Shown here: positions 24,509-48,300 of the stretch, in pieces
Numbering within the stretch: position 1 is the first letter of the stretch
Layout of the letters: each line of letters begins with the position of its first letter
From: Euglena gracilis
Taxonomy: Eukaryota
DNA length: 64,000 bases
Direction of reading: 5' to 3'
Assembly (NCBI GenBank): GCA_039621445.1
Contig: CP154954.1
Span: forward strand, 35,821,703 to 35,885,702
Notes under the pieces: generated by a model
Told to the model about the DNA's origin: nothing
Seen by the model: only the letters and a program-made list of their open reading frames with translations
Database searches by the model: none
Program-made: the position numbers and the translations under genes

Positions 24509-27500
24509 TGTACGTCCAAAGCTTTCCCTTTCCCCCTTTTTGGAACTTCTGGAATTTCTGTAAAAGCCTTTCGCTTTCGCCTTGGTTAGCAGCCTACTTA
24601 TGGTAGGGAAAAGTCTCAGGAGTAACAAAAGTGGTTTTCCCCTTTTGATTCCCACTTCCCCAAGAAGCAAAGCAGAAGGCAAAGTCTCAGAAGTTTCTTC
24701 TGAGGTCAAACTCGATTGTTCCGAGGCTTTTTCCCTCTGACAAAACCAATGGTAAAACTTGTAGACGATGACAGCAAAGAATACCACCTGTGGGGGAAGG
24801 CGAGAAAAGTGCTGACGTGTCCAGGGGCAGATCCCAGAAGGGTCTGCCACGATCTTCCCAGCTGTGGTTTCCGCAGTTGGTGCGACCGTCACAGAACCCA
24901 CTCTGCAGATATCCTACAGAGCTGGGACGTGCCTGGTACACATCCCCCTCCCAGACTACGCCCGATTTCCTTCATGGACCAGGGAATCCCAGGTCCAGTC
25001 AGGATATCTGACGCTGCCCCAGGTGGGGTTCACTCTCTCATTCGGTGTCTCTCCTTTCCGCACAGTGGCATCCACCCAAAGCCCAAAAACGCGCAAAAGG
25101 TTAGCCGCGTTTCGCGGTTACCTATCAGCCGTTTCGGCTTAGGTGGGGTGAGAAAAAGCCCACTGTGGGAAACGGGGCTTGGCAGGTTTCCTGACAAGGT
25201 ATCCCATCCACCCAGTTTGGGTGTGCCGAAGGCACTCGGGGTTGGTCTAGCGATTCGCTGCAAACCCGAGGGGAGAGGTGTGGAAGGGGGGGGGCAGGCT
25301 CTTATCCTGGTCATACCCGGATAAGTCTCCTAGGCGGTCATATCCGCACTAGGAAACAAAAGCCTACTTACAAAACCGACTGCCGGCGACAGCTTTGCGG
25401 GGGTGGGGGGAAAGTAGGGAGGAGAGGGGGGCTGGCTTATGCCAAAACAGAATTTTTGCTGTCTGGCAGCCTTGAGCGGCCTTTCGGCCGAAAAGTTACA
25501 AGTTGGCCTATTATTACGGCGTGCGCGCTGTGTGCTGTGTTTCGCTTAGCGGCTTGCCAGGTTTCCCGGCTGCCAAGGTCTTCACAGCAGTAGCTCCTTC
25601 ACGACGTGATAAGAGGCGCTTACCTCCTGCACACGGTTCCGTCTGCACGGTGTCGTCTGCCGCTGGCGTCGGCAGCCAAAAATTTCCCAGAAAATTCCCA
25701 AAAAACCCCCAGTAGGATTAACCAAAGCAAGTCAACCGCCACGCGAGTGGAATTGGAACCCCAGCAAATTTCAAGAAGAATTTGAGAATTCGATTTGAGA
25801 ATCAGAAAAGAAGAAAAGTCAATTGGAGGACTTGAAGAGCAAAAAGATCAAATTCAAAATATCAAAAGGAAGCCAAGGCATTCATTTCCATATCATTTTT
25901 CCCACTCAACGCCTGAACTCAAAGGTACTTGCCCACCCTCTCAAGTCCCAGGTTTGTTGTGCTCTGCTGTTTGATCCTAAGTAGGTGGGTTAGTTTTTGC
26001 CTCTTTGGTTTTGTCTTTGCTCACCTTTGATCCAAATGTTTGAAAAGGGGAAACAGTGGAGGCTAAAAACGATCGTACGCGGGGAGACAGGGGGACCTGG
26101 GTCGGGGGGGCACACCTCACCCCCTTTAACCGCCTGTTGACCTTTGAAATCGGGGAATGGTGACGGCGAGGCTCTGACAAAACAGCTGGTTGACGTGCAA
26201 TGTTTATTAAGTGTGGCAAAAGAAGAAATTGGACGATTGGCAGAGCAAATAAAAAATTTGGAGCAGCAAATTACTGAAAAGTTGCAGCCCAGTGAAATAA
26301 AATTACGAAGTCCAGAAAATTTTGTGCCTGCTGTGAATCTTGATTCTGGACATGTCACAAATTTGCCACCGTCATCAGTGTCTTCTGAAAAATCTTCCTC
26401 AGATTTTGCCACACCGCCAAGAAAATTCAGACAGACAAAAAAATTCTGGAGGCCTGCCAAAAACAGTTGGAATGACTTTCAATTTTTGAGACCAAGTTGT
26501 TTCCAGGATTGGTGGGGTTGGGACTGGCATTTAAATCCCTGGAACAGCTGGGGGTGGTTTTCACCGTATCAGTGGTGGTGGTGAATTTTCTTTCAGCAGG
26601 TCTGACCACTGACTGGCACAGCACAGCACTTTACAGTGTCGAGTATGTTTCAGTGTTTTGTTTTGTGATTATTGTTTTTTTTCTGCGTTTTTTCATGGTG
26701 ATCTAGCATTGGAGGCAGATGCGCAATCAGCCAGACTTTAAATCTGTATTTTCAGTTCACAGAGTTTGGCTTATGGAAAAACAGCCAAGTCAAACATTTT
26801 TTCAATCTGGTTTCTGGGGTGCATGTTTTTCCCCAGTTGCTTTCCACTTAAATGGAGACACCCAGCCACGATGCTTGGGAATTTCTCCGTGTTCAGGCAG
26901 CCAGATCAATGGTCTTTCATTTTCAGTTTCAGAGTTTTCAGTGTTCGGTTGTCCGGAATGTCATTTGGGGTGGCACAGCGTTGACATGTGTCACCATCCC
27001 TGATGGGGACAAATCAGACATTTCAGGTGGGATTATTGTTTGTGTTTTTGCTGGTCCCTTTTGTCACGGGACAGTTTTTCCAGAGAGAAACTTTACCCCC
27101 GGACAGAGACATTTGTTGGAGAATCGGAACAGTTTTTTGGGATTTTTCAGTCCAGTTTCATTGTGGTTTTCGAGTGTGGCAGCCCAGCAGTCCTATGGCA
27201 GGTTTTATCTGGGGTTTTGCCAAATCCTGAGGCAAGGGAGAGACCTCTGATGGACCACTCGAACCAAAAAGTTTTTAGGAAAGCGCGCAAAGAGGGGTTC
27301 CGAGGGTGGGGCTAGACCCAGGCCAGGAATAAACACCCCTGTGGCCACCCATCTAAGGGCTCAGGAAACAGTTTTCAATTTTCAGTCCAAGTAGGAACCA
27401 AGGTGGATTGACCCAGGAGGAAAAGACACCCCTGAGGAAAATTCATTTTTGGGCCCATCAGTGGCATCATCATCATTCAGTTTTTGAAAAATCTGTTGAT

Positions 27501-28215
27501 CTGTGGGTAGCACTTTCTGTTGCATTTTTTTCGGCTGTGGAGTTTGCTTAAGGGAGAAACACACAGGGCCCACGATGCAAAACTCCCAAAGGCAATTTTT
27601 GCAGTTTGAGGCTTGCATACACAGTTTTCCTGTGACCCATTTGATGGATCAAGATACAGATTTTAAGTGCCGTTTTGGTTCAGATTCAGTGGCATTTTCA
27701 GGTCGGTCCAGTGAGGAAATTCAGAAATCTGCTTTCTGTGTTGCCAGGGGTGAATTTGTGCGTGTGTGTTGCCTTGTCATGCAGGTTCAAGCAATCAAGC
27801 ACCGAGCAAGGAGAATCAGCAGAAGGAGCAAACAGTCAATCATCAAGGATTTTGACTGAATTTATTTAATTCAAAGATTTCAACAGTTTTCAAAGAATTG
27901 ACGACAAAGACCGGGACAATGAATATTTCAAGTCAAGTTGGAGAACAGACTTCAATGACATCAATCATCATCAATGGGACCCAAGCAAATGAATGACATG
28001 ATTACGATTGCCATGATCACAATTGTGGATTGTTGTGGAGTTGCGGAATGGTGGCCACTTTATTTTACTCAAGTGCTGTGAAGCGTAATGGCCGACCAAA
28101 GAGCCTGCAGTGGGCAGTGGCCCGATGCACGGCCAAAGTGCAGGCCCAGGTTGGCTGCTCCCAGCACTGAATCAGATTTTTTCATGTTTTTTGGGCCTCA
28201 GAATTTTGCTTGTGG
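24509..28215 (+). mobile_element. Possible second, 3'-truncated or non-autonomous LTR element
   Basis: The satellite breaks abruptly at TGTACG (24509). A candidate LTR end GTTACA at 25500 is followed by AGTTGG, then a coiled-coil, Trp-rich ORF. No pol motifs seen. Confidence 0.35.
26144..26584 (+). CDS. Hypothetical protein with coiled coil and Trp-rich tail (gag-like?)
   Basis: Heptad-like LSVAKEEIGRLAEQIKNLEQQITEKL; WWGWDWHLNPWNSWGW. Non-ATG start in the ORF track. Confidence 0.3.
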   Translation: MKSGNGDGEALTKQLVDVQCLLSVAKEEIGRLAEQIKNLEQQITEKLQPSEIKLRSPENFVPAVNLDSGHVTNLPPSSVSSEKSSSDFATPPRKFRQTKKFWRPAKNSWNDFQFLRPSCFQDWWGWDWHLNPWNSWGWFSPYQWWW

Positions 28216-41105
<12,890 letters not shown>

Positions 41106-41500
41106 TCTGTTTTTATGAATGTGGATGTGGATGTGGATGTGCATGTATACGTATGCGTATATGAACATTATGCACATGCATACCAAAGCGGCTTTAAACT
41201 GAAATAAGCTTTGGGTACAGAAAAAATCTTCCAGAATGCAGAAAATTTTAAATCAATTTAATCAGCAGCGAAAGACCAGCAGTTGATTTTTGGCCATTTT
41301 TGGCCAGCTTTCAACAACCTTCGGTCATTGCTTTTTTTTTGCAATCTGACGTCATTTTCTGTCATGCTGCGATCATGGGGAGGGGGGCATTGGACTTTTA
41401 TCGCACCACTTTGTTTTGAAATTGTCAGCCATTTTATCAAAGAATTACGAAAAGCGTCTCTGAGAGCTACAAACGAATCGAGGCAGAGTTAAAGCAGTCC

Positions 41501-41886
41501 CAGGGTTCGATATAAGGACAGGTGGGGGGGGTGGTCTGGACCCTGCGGGCCAGGAGGGGGGGGGGGGGGGGGGGGACACCCCCCACCTAAACAGGTGCGC
41601 GGTCAGGGTGGCCGAAAATTTTTGACCCCCCAAAACGACCAAAAGTGCCATTTTGGGCACTTTTGGGCAAAAATGTGCCAAAAATGCAAAAAATTTTCGG
41701 CGCAAAGCGCCGGAGGAAAAAATTGACCCTTTTGGGGGGGTCCCGGGACCCCCCCCCCCCGAGGGTCGGTGCGGACCCCCTGGCAGGTGGGGGGGGGGGG
41801 TCCGGACCCCCCTGCGGGCCAGGGGGGGGGGGGGGGGGGGGAACCCCCCACCTAAACCATGTACGCCCTCCTTATATCGAACCCTG
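41501..41886. mobile_element. hAT-type MITE
   Basis: 18-bp TIR CAGGGTTCGATATAAGGA / TCCTTATATCGAACCCTG; perfect 8-bp TSD AGCAGTCC (41493-41500, 41887-41894). Confidence 0.93.
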
Positions 41887-42254
41887 AGCAGTCCCCTGTT
41901 CAAGAAACAGAAGAGGGGGGAACCAAAAAGGCCTCAGCGAAAGTGCTCCAATTTTTTTGAAAGCCCCTTGAACATGGTCAAACCCCCCGGAATTCCAAAG
42001 ATGCAAATTCCTGGGGTCCCCAACGCATCTCTCCAAATCGGCAGGCCTGGGACAGCGGCCAGCCATCTCCGGAACCCTGGTGGGGCTCCCCCACACCTGT
42101 GTGCAAACGCTCAGGACCCCCACCCAGCCACCTGCAGGACAACTGTGGAGTGGACTGTGGCCTGGAAGATTGTGCTTTTGGAGTTGGAGCTGGTCCAATG
42201 TGGCAATTGGCTCGATGCGAGAAGAAGCCCACCCCCAAAGGGGTTGCCGGCCAG

Positions 42255-42312
42255 TGCAGAATTATACGCCAAGTGGTTGTCCATCACCACGATGTCAGAG
42301 TTGGCCAGCGCC
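42255..42312 (-). CDS. HK exon (receiver phospho-Asp): [19 protein letters not shown]
   Basis: DIVVMD receiver motif; 3' boundary uncertain. Confidence 0.8.
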
Positions 42313-45300
42313 GCCAGCAGGGGGGTTCTAAAAAGGAGAATGCCCCCATAAAAAAAACAGATATGGATGCCCCATAGATAGATATAGATATAGATATAGA
42401 TATAGATATAGATATAGATATAGATATAGATATAGATATAGATACAGATATAGATATGGATATAGATATAGATATAGATATAGATGTAGATATATGGATA
42501 TAGATATAGATATAGATGTAGATATAAGGTAGATAAACTTATTCCTGACACTGACCCCACCCCTTTTCCAAATGCCCCAAGGTAGCCAGCCCCTGGGTTC
42601 CGACATAAACTGATCGACCTCGGCAGGCGTCTCACCAAACACCCGCACCACCGCGCCGGGTACCCACTTGGTGAAGGTATGGCGAAGTACCCGACGCGCA
42701 ACGTCAGAATCATCGACACGTGAAGAGGGCCACATCCATGAGAAACAGTTTGAAAGGCCAAAAAGTGCGTGGGGTCCGGAATCCTCTAGTCCGGGGGTGG
42801 ACAGTGCAGGGGCCAGAATGACCTAACCAGAAATGAGCGACAAAGCGGATTCAGGAACGGGTCGGGATGGCAAGATCAGCGGGTCAGCAGTGTGACACGC
42901 GAAGGCATGAGCCGTGGACCAGTTTATCGAGGTGGGGGCTCCACTGTTTTTGTGTGATCAGCAGACGAAAGAACAGGAAGGGCGGAGCAGGGACCAATGC
43001 CCCCGCAGGCCGGAGAGGCCACCCTCGGCAAAAAATTTTGACCCCTGAGGGCAAGGGAGGCGGCGGCGTTTGCAGGCAGGGCCCCGCGGGGGTGGGCAGG
43101 GGTGACAATCCACAGGGCCTTCAGTGGAAACCGTCGGCCAGCGCTTTGCCCACGGCCAGCAGTCCTTCGGTTCTGACTTCAAAGGTTGGGTGTGTGGGGT
43201 CTCCAAAATAAACCCCCCAAAAAAACAAGACGCCCCCATAAAATGGACCTCCCAAGAATAAGACCACCCCGGACGTTCCGAGCAAAAATCCATGAAATGG
43301 ACCCCCCCATGACGGTGGAAAAGGAATGGCCAGAGGCCTGAAGGAAGGCACGACAAGAAGAGGTGAAAGGTGGAAAGTGAAAAATCTTTTCCTTGTGCCC
43401 CACTTTGGCCATCCTCGGAGATATCTTTAAAATGGCGTGAGAATCAGTGCTCAAAGGGGCATCCCAGAATAATTTTCCAAATATAAACACAAAAATTCTC
43501 CAGCAAAAATCCATAAAATAGACCCGCCCCATGAATAAGACCTCCCCCATCGGGCTTTCCAGCAACCGACCCATAAATGGACCCGGGGAGGGGGTGTGAA
43601 CAGTTTCCAAGATCCAGGCATCTTTTAAAGACCTCTGGGGGGAGGGAGGGTCCCCCCATCCACCCAGTCCGGCGCGGGACCCCCCCGGGGGGGGGGTGCG
43701 GGGACCCCCCAAAAAATCGGGCCGAGGACATTTCCCAAAGAATTTTCGGCGCTTCGCGCAGAAACCCATTCCCGGGCCTCCTGCCTGGGACCCCGGGGTC
43801 CGGACCCACCAACCCCCCCCCCCTCGGGGGGTTTTCTGACTTACAGTGCAGCTAAAAATTACGGAAGACAGAAATTTTGGGAAAATACCCAAATTTTGCC
43901 ATATTCTTTTTCTCGTAATTTTCTGACTCCGTCGGTTTCCGACGCCCTCTTGGGAAGCTGCAAGCACAATGCTGGGACGGCCATGGTTTGACTCCTCAGA
44001 GTCAATGAGGACACACTGTGTCTTCGTGTTCAGCAAAACACCCGTTACGCACAAACTCGTCACAGCGAACGCATTTACGGGCTGTTTGTGTGCTACATTC
44101 ACAAGGATGTGTGGGCTCAGCAAGAAGGGATGCTTTGAGGCAGGGCGGTTCTTACCCGCCCCACCCTGGGCAATTGTCGCGTGACAAATCGGGCAGCACG
44201 GAGGGGGGGGGTGACAATTTCCCGGGGTGACAATTTGGCTGGCACAAAGGGGGGGTGACAATTGCCCGGGGGCGTCAATTGCCCGGGCGTCAATTGCCTG
44301 GGGGCGTCAATAACCCGGGGGGGCGCGGGTAAGCAAATAAAAAAAATGCAACCTCACCCAGCACAACACGTGGGACGGCAGAGTCATGGTACAAAGTGGG
44401 GCCCCCATTCCCTCCCATACCTCAAAATTTTTGTTGCCCGCATGTTATTTGGCCTCCCGGACCCTGAAAACCTGTTTTGGAGCCGAAATTGAGTGTCTGT
44501 CGGCCCCCCCGACGGCCCGTTTTTGGCCCGAAACCCATGGTGTTTGGATCAAAAACTGGTCAAAAAAGTCAAAACCCCTCGAAAATAGTTTGGGTCCGAA
44601 ACCATGTTTTTTGGCCTCCCAGACCCGGAAAACGTGTCCTTGAGCCGAAAATGAGCGGTTTTCGACCCGCCGGCGGCCCCTTTTGAATCCCATTTTGAAT
44701 CCCATGGTGGTTGGGTTTAAGAAAAAAAAAGGTCAAAACAGTCGGAAAAAAGTCGAAAAAAATCGAAAAATTTTTATCCGAAACGATGTTTTTGGGCCTC
44801 CCAGGCCCGGAAAACGCGGTTTTGAGCTGAAAGCGTTCTTCAACCGCGCGACATGCAACTGTTCGAGTGCCCGGGGAGGGGGGGGGGGGCTCCCGCCCCC
44901 CGGACCCCCCTGGCAAAAAAAAATAAACCTCATCCTTGTCTACCGATCTTTTCTGTGGTCAAATCGCGCGACGAATGAAACTGTTCGAGAGCCCAGGGGC
45001 CATAAACCTCATCAACAAAATCTCCAAACCCTTCCCTCCAAACCCCCCATACCCCCCATACCAGGTATTGAATAGTGCTGAGCTCTTAATAAGTGCTCAC
45101 CCACCCCTCATTGACACCCCCATATAAACCGGCTTAGGCGGCCTAACTCGCACTTAGCTTTGAAAGTGACTGTAAATTTGCGCCGACGCGCAAATCCCAA
45201 AAAAAGTTTGACCATCGACCACCATGGCCTGAGACTCGAGACAGTCTGAAAACAGTGTCTCCTTGCACCCCAGGGCCTGGGGACGAAAGCAACGACTGGG

Positions 45301-48300
45301 AACTGCACAGTCCACGGGCACAGCGCTCCCGAGTCCCAGTGTGCATGAACACAAAGCGCCGGGTGATGAAAATGAATGAAAATGAAAGCGCAAATGGAAA
45401 TACAATTTTTAAAATTGCAAAAGCAACATGGCTTGCGCCGAAGCGCAAATATAACTGTTTAAAACTTATCTCACAACGCAGGGAGACCACGGCCCTGGTG
45501 GAGTAACAACACCAGAGGGGATGGAGCACAAAAATGTAGAACAGGGGGACGGAAGCCTACTCTCAGTCACGTTGACTTTAAACTGGTCAACATTGCGCGT
45601 CGGCGCAAGAGCCGCGTTGCTTTGACAATCTTAAAAGTGTATTTCTACTTGCGCTTTGGCGCAATATAACTCTTAAACTTCCATTCTTCATGAGCCTACC
45701 CATTGCGCTTTGGCGCAACCGTCATCAAGTTGTATTTTCCATTTTTATCACTGCGGGTGGAGAGAGCAGTCCTGGAAGCATCTCATCACCAGAGCGGACA
45801 GAGCTCAGGTGGAGGGAAGCCTTGCCTGGGGCAGGAAGCCAACCCCCTGGTGTGTGAAAGCAACCACCAACTACTTGATAGCCAGACGTGCCTTGTCCTG
45901 TGCGTTGTAAACCCAACTTCCAGTGCCGGAGGTTCCTCCCACTTGCCTCGCACTTAAGCGTGCCTGAGGGGCCCTTCTCTTTGGCCGACTTTTAAAAGTC
46001 GGAAAATACCTGTGTGGAAAAGAACAGGTACCAGATAAACCCTGGGAACCACAGCCGAGGAAACGGTTTTAGGCGTCGAAAGGGTGTTTTAAAGAAGCTT
46101 GTCACCCCCCTTTCCTCGCCCAGGATTTGAAGCACAGAACTTTGGGGATGAGCGAATGGAATTGAGAAACCGAAAGGGCCCATCAACAACGGCGGAGAAG
46201 GGAAGACATGCTGACACGCCTTTTTTCGGTAATTTGCAACCCACCAGACAGCCACATGCAACGAGGCAGATGGAGGCATTGTTCAGCAGAAAAAAACCTT
46301 TCTGTCAACGTCCCCAAAAACCCCACTTTGTGCACCGAGTGCAAGGTCACCACAGCCTACCGCCCACCATTCGTCTTATTGTAACAACCACTTCCTCCCC
46401 AGCACCTGAATAGTTCGAAAGCACCAACCCAGCTTCTGGCACAGCAGCGCACAAACCCTCCTCACCATTCTCCCCTATCCCCCACCTTCTCACACAGCAC
46501 GAATGCATTCAAATACATCTGCCTTTTAAAAGGACATTTGCGCTTAAGCGCAAATTTTTAGCTTGCGCTTAAGCGCAAATTATAAATTTGCGCTTAAGCG
46601 CAAGCTAAAACAGAAGCCGCTGAGTTTGTGGGAGTCCCTCTGATGTGTTACGGTGTGTCGGGGGCCCCTCTCTGCATGGCCAGTGTACGGGCTTGGTGAG
46701 GAAATACATTTGCGCCGAAGCGCAAGGGACATGCCTACATAATGCACTGCTTGTTCATCCACATTACACGTCAGCCGCGTGTTTGCACTTCTCAGTTTTT
46801 TTGTATGATGGTTTGCGCTTCGGCGCAAATGTATTTCCTCACCAAGCCCGCACACTGGCTGTTCAGGGAGGGGCCCCCGACACACTGTAACACATCAGAG
46901 GGACTCCCATAAGCTCAGGGGGCTTCTGTTTTAGCTTGCGCTTAAGCGCAAATTTATAATTTGCGCTTAAGCGCAAGCTAAAAATTTGCGCTTAAGCGCA
47001 AATGTCCATAAACATTGCCTTCTGTGCCCGGCAGTGTGGGGCCTGGCGTTGCTCACCAGACGTTGGGACAGGTCCCTGGGCTTGCCCTCAATCCCCCCCA
47101 CCCCCCCCACCTGGGTGGTTCCCACTGTACCGCTCCTCGCGCTTCAAGCACACAGGGATCACAACTTTGTGACATGCCGTTTTTTCCAACTTTTCACAAC
47201 GTGTGTGTAGAGTCCACCCTCTGGATGCCTCAGCTGCCAACTCTTCACGGACATATCACAGAGGCAAAAAAAGCAACAAAAAGGGCTTCATTACACCTGG
47301 ACTGTGTGGCACCATCCGGGGAACACAGTCAAGGCTTCAAAAACGAGGGACTCACACCGGGGGTTTCGGCCCTTTTTTGGGAAAATTCACGTGTCTCGGC
47401 GGTCAAACCCAGGGTTTTGGACCTTTTTCAAAATGGTGCACAGGCCGAAAAACACCAAAATTGGGCCTGTTCCCCGGGTTCCAAAATCGGAAAATGATGC
47501 CCACGCCACCGTGGAGGGTCTCCGCGGAACCAGAGGGTCAAAAGGGTGGGTTCTACCGCCGGGTCTCAAAGAAATCGAAAATTTGCGCCAAAGCGCAAGC
47601 TAAAAATGAAAACCTTAAGTGCGAGTTAGGCCGCCTAAGACCGGCCCACTCCATGGAGCTCTGTTGACTGAAATGCAAAGGTTTTGTGCCCGAAACAGGG
47701 CGCCAGGGGGGGGGGAAACGCTCATTTTTGGCCCAAAATACACCTTTTACGAGTCTGAGGAAAAAAAAAACAGCATATAAAGCAAAAAAAAATCTGGATT
47801 TTTTTCGTGTTTTTTTGACCCGAAAATGACCGAAAGTGAGTGGGTTTACAGCCCAAAACGGGGCGCTGGCGGGTCGAAAAACACTCATTTTCTGCCCAAA
47901 AACAGTTTTTCTGGGTCCGGGAGGCCAAAAAACATCGTTTCGTTTCGATTTTTTGACTTTTTTAGACCCGGTTTTGACCCAAAGTCAATGGGTTGGCAGC
48001 AGGCAAGGACAGTCATCCCCGGTTTTTGGTCTCCGGTGGGGTCCGGTGGGATCCGGTGGGATCCAGTGGGATCCGGTGGGATCCGGTGGGATCCGGTGGG
48101 GTTCCGGTGGGTTGCCTTGGGGGGGGGGGGGATCGGGAATTCATCAATTATAAAATTGCAATAAAACAGCATTTTGGGTGAATTTGGTCATTTTCGGTGT
48201 TTTTGGCCCAAATCACCTGGTTTTGCCGGCAGATCTTATCAAAACTGTACCAATGGTCACCGAATCTGTGCACAAAATGGCCAAGAATGGCCAAAAGGGG

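Noticed and set aside
42328-42735. LINE 3' end with a (TATATC)n tail
   Set aside because: The coding part is a receiver-domain exon (VDDS) and the repeat lies inside a paired-end intron.
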